This document shows, one piece after another, positions 24,265 to 36,500 of a DNA stretch of 64,000 bases (position 1 is its first letter; each line of letters starts with the position of its first letter). A program made the translations under genes and the position numbers. The stretch is taken from assembly GCA_028826165.1 (NCBI GenBank), contig JAPDFW010000103.1, positions 620,001 through 684,000 on the forward strand. Direction: 5' to 3'. The notes beneath the pieces are model-generated. The model was not told where the DNA came from and searched no databases. It worked only from the letters and a program-made list of their open reading frames with translations. This DNA is from Anaeramoeba ignava BMAN (Eukaryota; Protista; Anaeramoebae).

Positions 24265-27156
24265 ATGTCTCTTAATTTTAAAAAACAAATTCAACCAAAT
24301 TTTCCAAAATCAGAAAATTATAAAATTTTACAAGAAACACTTGAAAAAAAATCAAAATTAATTTATCAAAAATTTGAATATGAAAAATTATTAAAACCAA
24401 AATATAAAGAATTAATTATTAAAATTGATTCATTATTTAAACCTAAAGAAGAAGAAGAAAATAAGAATAATAAGAATAATAATAATAAAATTAATAAAAA
24501 ATCAAAACAGAAAAGTAAACATCTTCAAGTTGCAATTCAAAGGTAAACAAAATTTAAAATTCATTTTGAAATTAAAATTCATTTTGAAATTAAAATTAAA
24601 ATTAAAATTAAAATTAAAATTCATTTTAAAATTAAATTAGATTTCATTTTGAAATCAAAATTAAAATTAAAATTAAAATTAAAATTAAAATTGAAATTAA
24701 AATTAAAATTAAAATTGAAATCCAAATTGAAATCCAAATTAAAATTCATTTTGAAAATTCATTTTGAAATTAAAATTAAAATTCATTTTGAAATTAAAAT
24801 TCATTTTGAAATTAAAATTCATTTTGAAATTAAAATTCATTTTGAAATTAAAATTCATTTTGAAATTAAAATTAAAATTAAAATTAAAATTAAAATTCAT
24901 TTTGAAATTAAAATTAAAATTAAAAATTCATTTTAAAATTAAATTAGATTTCTTCATAGAATTACAAATTTTGTTCTTATTCCTTTTATTCAAAATTATT
25001 TAATGAAAGAATGGTTTGATATTCAATATAAAGAAGTTTCTGGTCAATTTCGTGATGAAAGAAAAAATTCACAAGAAATTCCAAATTTTCTTGGTTTTTT
25101 AAATACAAGTTCTTGTTATCCAAAATTATGGAATTCAAATCTTATTGAAGCAGCTGTAAAGTTTTTAGAAGATATTTCAACTGAGATTATCAATTTTGGA
25201 TCTTTTGATTTTATTAATAAACAAAAACTAAAAGAATTTCAATATAAATTATCAAATTTTTTAATTGAAAAAGAAAAAGAAAAAAAAGAAAATCAAACCA
25301 AAATTAAAAGTTTAGAAGAAATATCAAGAAAAGTTATTGAAAATACTTCATTTGTGTTTGAAAATGAATTAGTAAAAAACTTACCTTTGAATATTTTAGA
25401 AGATATTTTTGATGAAATGAATTTAAATGGAACAATTACTTCTTCAAATATTTCAAATTTCAAACAATTTGAACTTTTAGATTTTAAAGGAAATTTTTGG
25501 ATAAATGAAAATACTGTTTCGAAATTAATTCATTTTGATAATTTATTTGAATTAAATTTTACAGGATGTTTGGGATTAACTAATGAAAGTTTGAAAATTA
25601 TTTGTGAAAATGAAATGATTCAAAAGAATTTAGAAGTTTTGATTCTTGGAGTTTGGAATGGAAAACCAATTCTAAAACATGAAATTGATTGCAAAGCATG
25701 TTTAACTGATTATAGTTCAACATATCATCACGAACCATTAATTTACCTCCAATTATCAGAAGATGCACTTGTAAACTTGAAATATTTGAAAAATTTGATT
25801 TATTTGGATATTAGTGGATGTCTTGGAAAAAATAATCCAAATAGAGATTATATATATAATGATAATTCTGGAGAAAATTATCAAGAAGAAATTTTCCAAG
25901 AATTTTTACCTCAATTAGATCAATTACAAACTCTTATTTTAGGAAATGATGGAGTAACAACATCAATTGTTGAAATGATTCCTTCTTCAATAATTAATTT
26001 GAAAATTAAAATTTCTGGAGCATCAAAAATAATTGATGGTGAATATCATAATAATGGTTTGGTTTCTATTTACAATGAAGTTCGCAAAGTAAAAAGATCT
26101 AAAATGATTTCAGCTTTTGAAAAACTTGTTAATCTTAAAATTCTTTCAATTTCAGAAATGCAACTTATAAATTATTCAACTAGAACATTTGATAAACCAG
26201 ATGAAAATGGATATCTTTTAGATAATAAATTTGGATCATTATTAAAAGTATTAAATCAATTAACTTATTTGAAAATTGAACCTTTTGATGATCTTGATGA
26301 TTTTGAAATTGCAAGAGATTGGATTCCAAATTTTTCTTCACAACTTTTATCACTTGATTTATCAGGAAATAAATGGATAGCTGATGATATTTTACTTGAA
26401 CTTGAAAAAGAATCAAAAGGAATATCAAGATTAACACTTCTTCGATCATTAGATTTATCAAATACATTTGTATCAGATGAAAGTTTATGCAAAATAATTC
26501 CAAATTTAATTCAATTAGATTATTTGAATATTCAATCAACAAGAGTTGGAAATGAAACCATTAAACATATCAATCAATATTTACCAAATCTAACAGTTTT
26601 AAAACTTGGAGGAGGGGATTATTCTAATCAAATCACAAATATTACAAATGAAGGAATTTATGAATTAGCTTTGAATCAAAATATTCAAAAACTTTTCCTT
26701 TTATCATTTCCCAATATTCTAATATTAACTGAATGTAATTGTTCTAAATCTTACAAAGAAAATGAAAAATGTATTTTTTCACTTCCTCTTTGGAAAAATG
26801 TTCAAGAATTATATTTAAATGAAATGAGAATTAGAGGTTTATTCAAACATTTAGAATCAACTAATGATCCAACATTTCTTCAAAATTTAATCCATTTAGA
26901 TTGTCAAGCAACTGTTGAATGTGATATTTATGGAGGAAATTACTTTTTTTTTGATAAACTTTATTCTAATTCTATTGAAAATATTAGTTTAAGAATTAAT
27001 GATTATTCTAGATATGAAGTTTCTGGAATTTGTTTGAAAAAATTAAAGAATTTAAAATCATTTATTGCTTCTGAAAATGGAGGAAATGGAGGATTTTATC
27101 CATTATTTTTTTGCAATTGTCCTAATCATATTCCTCAAATTAGAAAATATTGGTGA
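24265..27156 (+). CDS. Leucine-rich-repeat protein with BC-box/VHL-box-like motif (ZYG11/ZER1/AMN1-type LRR), copy A; exons 24265-24542, 24948-27156, ~828 aa
   Basis: Intron 24543-24947 (GT..AG) gives in-frame QR-FLHRITNF..MKEWF. LRRs include LxxLDLSGN, LRSLDLSNT and LIYLDISGC. Motif KSLEEISRKVI...LPLNILEDI. Confidence 0.8.
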
Positions 27157-27238
27157 TAAAATTTAATTTAAAATTAAAATTAAAATTTTCATTTTTTTCT
27201 TTTCATTTTTTTCTTTTCAAAATTTTCAAATAAACAAA

Positions 27239-28666
27239 ATGGAAAATTATTTAAATTTAGAAAAACTTTCAAATGATTTAAAAAATTTATTTCAAAATCA
27301 AAATGAAAATGAAAATGAAAGTTATTTTGATTTTGAAATAATTTGTGAACAAAATCAAATTTCATTTAAAACTCATAAATCAATTCTTTCTTCAAGAAGT
27401 GAATATTTTAAATCTCTTTTTAATTCAAAAATGAAAGAATATCAAGAAAATAAATTAATTCTAAAAGATGTTTCAAGTTCAATTCTATCTTCAATTTTGA
27501 ATTATTTTTATTCAGGAAAAATTGAAATTAATTTAGAAAATGTTATTGAAATTTTAATTTTTTCATCAAAATATTTAATTGATGAATTAATTGAAATTTG
27601 TTTAAATTTTATTAAAAATAATTTACAAATTGAAATTATTGTTGATGTTCTTAAACTATCTGAATCAATGAACTTTAATCAATTAATGGATTCTTCTTAT
27701 AAATTTATTTCTGAAAATTTTAATAAATTTATTAAAACTTCTTTTTTTCTTGAACTTGAAGAAAATCATTTAAATTCAATATTATTAAATGATGATATTT
27801 TAATAAATGAATTTGAACTTTTTCAATCAATAATAAAATGGGGAAAACATAAATTAGATATTAATCAAGAAAAAGAACTTGAAAAAGAAGAAAAAGAAAA
27901 ATTACAAAATCAAATTTCAAATGTTATTGAAAAAATAAGATTTATTGATTTCTCAAAAGAAGAACTTGAAGATACTTTGAAAGAAGATTTAATTCCAAAA
28001 CAAATTTCAGAACAATTAATTCAATTCCAAAATCAAAACCAAAATCAAAATCAAAATCAATTAATTTTCAAAACAAGAAATGCATTCAAATTTGATTCAA
28101 TTATAATTCAAGAAAAAGAAGATTTTAGTAAATTAAGAAAATGGATAAATGATGATAAATTCTTTTCCAAAATGAAAAAAGGATATTCAACAAAAAAAGA
28201 AGGATTTGATTCACAAAAATGGCATTCAATTTGTGATAACAAAGGAAAAACATTAGTTATTATGAAAACAACAAATGGTTTTATTTTTGGAGGATTTACA
28301 GAAGTTGGGTTTACAACTGATAAATCAAAATGGAGAGAAGAAGATATTGATTATCAAAATGGTTATATTAGAGATTCAAAATCATTTATTTTTTCAATAA
28401 GAAATGCAAGAAATGAATTAGCTCAAAAATTTATGATTAAAAAAGATCAAGAACAAAATTCTCTTTATTATTTTTTAAAAAATGGACCAAGTTTTGGAGG
28501 AAGTGATATTCGATTAAATTCTGATTTAAGAAATGGATATACAAATTTTGGATACAGTTACAATTTACCTAAAGGAATTGAATTTAAAACAAATGAAGCT
28601 AAAAGTTATTTAGTTGGATCTTATTCTTCATGGAAAATTGAAGAACTTGAAACTTATTTCATTTAA
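27239..28666 (+). CDS. BTB-BACK-TLDc protein (475 aa)
   Basis: BTB (YFDFEI..KTHKSILSSRSEYFKSLF..ILNYFYSG), BACK (EFELFQSIIKW, IRF) and TLDc (KGKTLVIMKT, FIFGGFT, GPSFG, EELETY). Confidence 0.9.
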   Translation: MENYLNLEKLSNDLKNLFQNQNENENESYFDFEIICEQNQISFKTHKSILSSRSEYFKSLFNSKMKEYQENKLILKDVSSSILSSILNYFYSGKIEINLENVIEILIFSSKYLIDELIEICLNFIKNNLQIEIIVDVLKLSESMNFNQLMDSSYKFISENFNKFIKTSFFLELEENHLNSILLNDDILINEFELFQSIIKWGKHKLDINQEKELEKEEKEKLQNQISNVIEKIRFIDFSKEELEDTLKEDLIPKQISEQLIQFQNQNQNQNQNQLIFKTRNAFKFDSIIIQEKEDFSKLRKWINDDKFFSKMKKGYSTKKEGFDSQKWHSICDNKGKTLVIMKTTNGFIFGGFTEVGFTTDKSKWREEDIDYQNGYIRDSKSFIFSIRNARNELAQKFMIKKDQEQNSLYYFLKNGPSFGGSDIRLNSDLRNGYTNFGYSYNLPKGIEFKTNEAKSYLVGSYSSWKIEELETYFI

Positions 28667-28768
28667 AAAAAATATCAAAATTTTCAAAATTCCTTTCTTT
28701 TTTTTTTTTTTGGATTTTAATCAAATGGATTTGAAAGAAGAAGGAAATTAAAAAAAAATTCAATCAAT

Positions 28769-30419
28769 CTAATCTTTCTGAAAACAAATCTTCACTAGTT
28801 TAGTAATTGAAAAATAGGAAGGAATAAATGAAAATAATAAAAGCAAATAAATTGGAATTAAAGGATAATAAACATGATGAATTCCTTTTCTTTCCAAATA
28901 AAGAATCCATAAAATCAAAATTGAGATCCAAAATGCGGGAAGAATCAAAAATAAAAGAATTTGAGAACCCAAATCATATTTCCAAAAACCGTTCCAGAAT
29001 AATCCCAAATAATGAAAAATAACTTGAATAAATAAAGGAATAAAAACAATTCGATAATTCCAATGAATTTTTCCATCGAGTTTTAAACCCAGAAAGATAA
29101 AGAAAGGAATAAAGAAAAGAAATATAATGATTGGAACAATCCACAATCTCCATCGTTCATGGAAATCATATTTCCTTTCTATCAAAAATAAAGAGAGAGT
29201 GATAAAAAAAACTATAAAAGGAATAAACACATAAATCCAAGAACAGTGAATAAAATTATCCACTTGCAATCCAATGAGAAGAATTTGAATATCAAGTAAC
29301 AAGGAAAGCAATGACATAAATAGAGGGATTAATGTGAGATGCAAATAAAACTTATGTTCTCTACTCCAAAAACATAAAAATGGTTTCAATTAGTTGAATA
29401 ATGAAGAAAGCGAATAAAGGAATCATAATAGAAAGACTCTGGTAACTTAATTTTGTATCGATTTTGTCTTCCTTTTTGAGGGTGATTAGAATGAAATAAA
29501 TTGAAAATCCAAAAGAAAATAAAATTATCAGAATAGGAGAGAAGAAATCTATTTCCTTTGTCTGGAAATTATTTAAAGTTTCTTTTCTTTTCTTATTAAT
29601 CATTTCATTTTCCCAATGTTTTTTTCTCTCCAAAAAAAGTTGATAAATTTTTCTTCCTTTTTCAAGCATTTCTTCTTTTGGATTTTCTAATAAATTGATG
29701 TATTTGATTCTTTCTTCTTCTGTTGAAGCTTTTATTGGAACCATATGATGTAAAAATTCATCTTCTTTGGTTGAATCATCAATTTTTTCATTGTTGGAAT
29801 ATTTCTCCAATCTTATTCCTCTTTCTGCGTTCTTTTTTTTAAAATGTGTTGGATCTAAATTTGGAAAATCTAACTTTTGATTTTCAATTTGAATTTTTTC
29901 AATTTCTTGATTGATTGGAGTTTGAAATGCTAAAATACTCAATCCATCTTGAAGATAAAACGGTTTTATTTCCAAATAATCGAAAATGAAAAAATTTTGA
30001 TAGCATTTTGCAATTTGTCTCCAAGTTGTTTGATCATTAAAAATATCTTGAAAATATTTGCAAGTGATTCCTAATCTAGTAAATGCTCCAGGAGATAAAT
30101 ATTCACAAATCATAAATAAAACTTTGAATTTTTAAATTAAATTTTTAAATTAAATTTTTTAAATTAAATTTTTAAATTGAATTTTTGGAAAGTTGGAAAT
30201 GAAAATCTAAAAAATACTTTCTGGATGAAGTTGATTAATTATTAAATTTTCTTCTTTTGGTGAAATTCTGTGTTTTTCTGTTGATTTTAAATATTTCCCC
30301 TTTTTTAAAAGTTGGAAATTACTTTCAGAAATTGATATAACTCCTTTTTGTTTAAAAATTTGTAATTTAAAAGAATCATTTTGTTCTGAATTTCTTTCTT
30401 CCAAATTTGAAGAATTCAT
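28769..30419 (-). CDS. F-box + TMEM185/FAM11-like multi-TM protein; exons 30419-30218 and 30121-28769, one frameshift near 29385
   Basis: Intron 30122-30217 splices to INQLHPEILFMICEYLSPGAFTRLGITCKYF..NDQTTW (F-box). Repeated L(K/Q)xDxxIxW(S/N)xxxVFIP hairpins in the C-terminal half. Confidence 0.65.
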
Positions 30420-30545
30420 TATTAAAATTTATTAATTTAAAAAAAGAAGAAAAATGAAAATGTTTTTTTAATTGGATTTTAATAAAATGATTTGAAAGAA
30501 AAAAAAGGGAATTAAAAAAAAGAAGAATGAAATTAAAAAAAGTGT

Positions 30546-33500
30546 TCAATTATTATTCATTTCATTCAATTCAATTTCACCATTTTTATCAATAACTGGA
30601 TGATCACTAGAAATCAAAGTTTCCTTTTCAACTTTATTAACATCTTGCAAAGTATTTTTGGAGATAAATTGAGAAATAGAGTCTTTTTTATTGAGTTCGT
30701 TGAAATTTCTTTTTCCAAAACAATCAACAAAAGGAGAAAAGATATTTTTATTATTAAAATCAGTGCTTGAATAAGAATAAAGGATTTTATTTCCGAACAT
30801 TTTCTGGTCAGCATCAACAATATTAATAGATAAACCTTGGGAACGGTATTTTGCCTCACGGAATCTAATCAAATCGGAACGTTTTGGAGAGTAATTAAAC
30901 ATATAATATTTTGTAAAAAGAACTGGAGCGATTGATAAAGTAGAAATTAAAAGCAAAGCGAACCAATGAACAGGATCAGCAAAGGTTCGGAAAACGAGAT
31001 AGTAAATCTCAGAAGTGCTCACAAGATTGAAAAGAACGGTGATGATGTAGTAGAAAACCATGATTCCCCAGATGATAAAATGGTTCCAGAACGTGAAATG
31101 GCGGGTTTCAGTTGCCATTGTTAGTGTTTGAACAAAAATCACGATTGTAAAAGGGCTCATGCTGATAAATTCATATCCTGCAGGCGAGCCGTCTGCGTGA
31201 TGATGATAATGCTGATAGATTCCAACGGTAAAGCCAAGCAGAATGACTCCTTGATAAAGAGCTCTCATGAGCCACCAAAATAATGTTCTTCGGTTATAAA
31301 AAATCCCTTTTTGACTATCTTGATATAAATGTGGATTCAAATAAACGCTTTCTTCAGATACGTCCTTGTCTAATAAGAAGAAGAAGATCGGTAAACTTGT
31401 GAAAATTGCGTTGTAAGTCATAACGCTTAAGGAGTTGAAGAATGATACTCCTGAATATCCTGACCAAAATGCATATAATACTTGGATAGAGCAAAAGTAT
31501 ATTGATTTGTAGAAAGAGTATTGTGCAAGGAAAGATGTTCGATAATATGCGTATCTTCCGTGAACGAGCATTAAACTTTTTTTTTTATTTTTAAATTTTA
31601 AATTTTAAATTTTAAATAAATTCATTTTTAATTCATTTTTAATTTTAAATTCATTTTAAATTCATTTTTAAATTCTAAATAATTTCATTTTTAATTCTAA
31701 ACAAATTTTAAATAAATTTTTAAATTCATTTTTAAATTCATTTTTAAATTTTAAATAAATTTTTAAATTCAATTTAAATTTTAAATAAATTCATTTTTAA
31801 ATTCATTTTTAAATTCATTTTTAATTCATTTCTAATTCATTTTTAAATTCATTTTAAATTTTAAATAAATTCATTTTTAAATTCATTTTTAAATTTTAAA
31901 TTTTAAATTTTAAATAAATTCATTTCTAATTCATTTTTAAATTCTAAATAATTTCATTTTTAAATTCATTTTAAATTCATTTTTAAATTTTAAATAAATT
32001 TTTAATTTCATTTTTAAATTCATTTTAAATTCATTTTTAAATTTTAAATAAATTTTTAAATTCATTTTTAAATTCATTTTAAATTCATTTTAAATTTTAA
32101 ATAAATTCATTTCTAATTCATTTTTAAATTTTAAATAAATTCATTTCTAATTCATTTTTAAATTCTAAATAATTTCATTTTTAAATTCATTTTTAATTCA
32201 TTTTTAATTCATTTTTAAATTCATTTTAAATTTTTAAATTTTAAATAATTTCATTTTTAAATTCATTTTTAATTCATTTTTAATTCATTTTTAAATTCAT
32301 TTTAAATTTTTAAATTTTAAATAAATTCATTTTTAATTCATTTTAAATTTTTAAATTCATTTTTAAATTTTAAATAAATTTTTAAATTCATTTTGTAAAT
32401 GTACCGCTTTAAAAATTTAAATCTGGAAATACTAAAATCTGCTGCACGTGCTGCTTGAAGTCCTTCTCTTCCAGAAATTCCAATTCCAACATGTGCTTCC
32501 TATTCAAAAAAAATAAAAAATAAAATAAAAGAATTATTTTTTTTAAATAAATAAAAACCATTTTTCATTTTTTACTTGAATCATTGCAACATCATTTCCA
32601 CCATCACCAATAGCCAAAGTCATTGCACCAATTCTCTTTACCAATTTGACTACTTGTGATTTTTGTTGGGGAGTAGTACGACAACAAATAACAGAACTAG
32701 CTTTCAAACTGAGATCCAAAAAGGAATGTTTGTGGTAATTCAAAGCAATTTTTAAAGAACTTCCTTCAATAACAACATAAAAATCATCATCCTTTTGATT
32801 TTCAATTTGTTTCAATAAATCCGCAATAGAGTCTCCAACCTCTTTATCCTCCGAACCACGAACAGTTAATATTTTCCCATTTGGAGGAATTAAATTACAA
32901 AATTTTGCAATTTGAACAGCAGTTGAATATTTATCACCAGTTAGCATCCAAAATTTGATTCCTGCTTCACGCAAAATTTTAATAGTATCAGGAACCTCTT
33001 CTTGAAGACGATCCTCAATTGCTGTCACGCCCGATAATGTGATATTGTTTTCTACCATGTGATATACTCCTTGTAATGCTTCTTCTCTTTTTTCGATTAC
33101 TTCATTCGCCATGTTATATGTTTCTAAAAAATCTTTGCATTCTTCTTCAGTTACTCTTCTATATCCGCAACATAATGTTCGTAATCCACATTGTGCAAAA
33201 ACTTCTAAATGATCGATTGATTCTTTGAAGTCTTGTCCTGATTAAATTGTTTTTAAATTATTTTGAATTTAATTTGAATTTAATTTGAATAAATTATTTT
33301 GGATTTAATTTGAATTTAATTTGAATTTAATTTGAATTTAATTTGAATTTGATTTGAATTTAATTTGAATTTAATTATTTTGAATTTAATTTGAATTTAA
33401 TTTGAATTTAATTTGAAATTATTTTGAATTTAATTTGAATAAATTATTTTGAATTTATTTTGAATTTAATTTGAATTTAATTTGAATTTAATTTGAATTT

Positions 33501-36500
33501 AATTTGAATTTAATTTGAATTTAATTTGAATTTAATTTGAAATTTATTTGAATTTAATTTGAATTTAATTTGAAATTAATTTGAAATTAATTTGAATTTA
33601 TTTTGAAATTAATTTGAATTTAATTTGAATAAATTATTTTGAATAAACTAATTTGAATTTAATTTGAATTTAATTTGAATTTGAATTTAATTTGAATTTA
33701 ATTTGAATTTATTTTGAATAATTTATTATTTTGAATTTAATTTGAATAAATTGTTTTGAATTTAATTTGAATTTGATTTGAATTTGATTTGAATAAATTG
33801 TTTTGAATTAATTTGAATTTAATTTGAATAAATTGTTTTTAATTTGAATTTAATTTGAATTTAATTTGAATAAATTGTTTTGAATTTAATTTGAATTTGA
33901 TTTGAATTTAATTTGAATAAATTATTTTGAATTTAATTTGAATTTAATTTGAATTTAATTTGAATTTAATTTGAATTTATTTTGAAATTATTTTGAATTT
34001 AATTTGAATAAATTGTTTTGAATTTAATTTGAATTTGATTTGAATTTGATTTGAATAAATTAATTTGAATTTAATTTGAAATTAATTTGAATTTAATTTG
34101 AAATTATTTTGAATTTAATTTGAAATTAATTTGAATTTAATTTGAATAAATTAATTTGAATAAATTAATTTGAATTTAATTTGAATAAATTAATTTGAAT
34201 TTAATTTGAATTTAATTTGAATTTAATTAATTTGAATTTAATTTGAATTTAATTTGAATTTAATTTGAATAAATTGTTTTTAAATTATTTTGAATTTATT
34301 TTGAATTTATTTTGAATAAATTATTTTGGATTTAATTTGAATTTAATTTGAATTTAATTTGAATTTAATTTGAATTTGATTTGAATTTAATTTGAATAAA
34401 TTAATTTGAATTTAATTTGAATAAATTAATTTGAATTTAATTTGAATAAATTAATTTGAATTTAATTTGAATAAATTAATTTGAATTTAATTTGAATTTA
34501 TTTTGAAATTATTTTGAATTTAATTTGAATTTAATTTGAATAAATTAATTTGAATTTAATTTGAATTTAATTTGAATTTAATTTGAATAAATTAATTTGA
34601 ATTTAATTTGAATTTAATTTGAATTTAATTTGAATTTAATTTGAATTTAATTTGAATTTAATTAATTTGAATTTAATTTGAATTTAATTTGAATTTAATT
34701 TGAATTTAATTTGAATTTAATTTGAATTTAATTTGAATTTAATAAATTTAATTTAATTTGAAATTTAATTAATTTTGAATTTAATTTGAATTTTGAATTT
34801 ATTTTGAATTTAATTTGAATTTAATTTGAATTTAATTTGATTAAATTATTTTGGAATTATTTTGAATTTAATTTGAATTTAATTTGAATTTGATTTGAAT
34901 TTAATTTGAATTTAATTTGATTAAATTATTTTGAATTTAATTTGAATTTAATTTGATTAAATTATTTTGGAATTATTTTGGAATTATTTTGAATTTAATT
35001 TGAATTTAATTTGAATTTAATTTGAATAAATTAATTTGAATTTAATTTGAATTTAATTTGAATAAATTAATTTGAATTTAATTTGAATTTAATTTGAATT
35101 TAATTTGAATTTAATTTGAATTTAATTAATTTGAATTTAATTTGAATTTAATTTGAATTTAATTTGAATAAATTGTTTTTAAATTATTTTGAATTTATTT
35201 TGAATTTATTTTGAATAAATTATTTTGGATTTAATTTGAATTTAATTTGAATTTAATTTGAATTTAATTTGAATTTGATTTGAATTTAATTTGAATAAAT
35301 TAATTTGAATTTAATTTGAATAAATTAATTTGAATTTAATTTGAATTTATTTTGAAATTATTTTGAATTTAATTTGAATTTAATTTGAATAAATTAATTT
35401 GAATTTAATTTGAATTTAATTTGAATTTAATTTGAATTTAATTTGAATAAATTAATTTGAATTTAATTTGAATAAATTAATTTGAATTTAATTTGAATTT
35501 AATTTGAATTTAATTTGAATAAATTAATTTGAATTTAATTTGAATTTAATTTGAATTTAATTTGAATTTAATTTGAATTTAATTTGAATAAATTAATTTG
35601 AATTTAATTTGAATAAATTAATTTGAATTTAATTTGAATTTAATTTGAATAAATTAATTTGAATTTAATTTGAATTTAATTTGAATTTAATATGAATTTA
35701 ATTTGAATTTAATTAATTTGAATTTAATTTGAATTTAATTTGAATTTATTTTGAATTTAATTTGAATTTAATTTGAATTTGATTTGAATTTAATTTGAAT
35801 TTAATTTGAATTTGATTTGAATTTAATTTGAATTTAATTTGATTAAATTATTTTGGAATTATTTTGAATTTAATTTGAATTTAATTTGAATTTAATTTGA
35901 ATTTAATTTGAATTTGATTTGAATTTAATTTGAATTTATTTTGAATTTAATTTGAATTTATTTTAAATTTAATTTGAATTTGATTTGAATTTGATTTGAA
36001 TTTATTTTGAATAAATTGTTTTTAAATTATTTTAAATGAAATTGCTTCAAATCAAACCTTCAACCATAATTGGAATCATAACATCATCAGCTCCTTTAAT
36101 CAACAATATTAATTCTTTTGTATCTTCATTTCTCAAAAGAACAGACATTTTCTTTCTTTCACTAGTAAATGCCAAAACTTTTACAACTTCATATCTTTCA
36201 ACAATATCATTATAAGCAAACTCAACAATATCTCCTGTTCGAGCTTGCAAAACAAACCCCAATTTCTGGGCAGCAATTACTAAAGCTTCTTCATCTGGAG
36301 AACTTGATTGATATTCAATTTGATCCTCTTTTGCTTTGATAGGAACAACTGTATTGCATAATGCAAGAATGCGAAAGAAATTAACAGCATTCTCGTCTTG
36401 ATTATCAATCGCAGATAAAAGATCAGCATCTTCATAAGCAGATGCTCGTTTTGTTGAATGTCCATAAATTGTATTTGAAATCGAACATTTTTTAAAAACC

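Noticed and set aside
33238-36057. Telomeric or interstitial telomere repeat
   Set aside because: Lacks G-rich telomere character and sits between valid splice sites of an intact gene.
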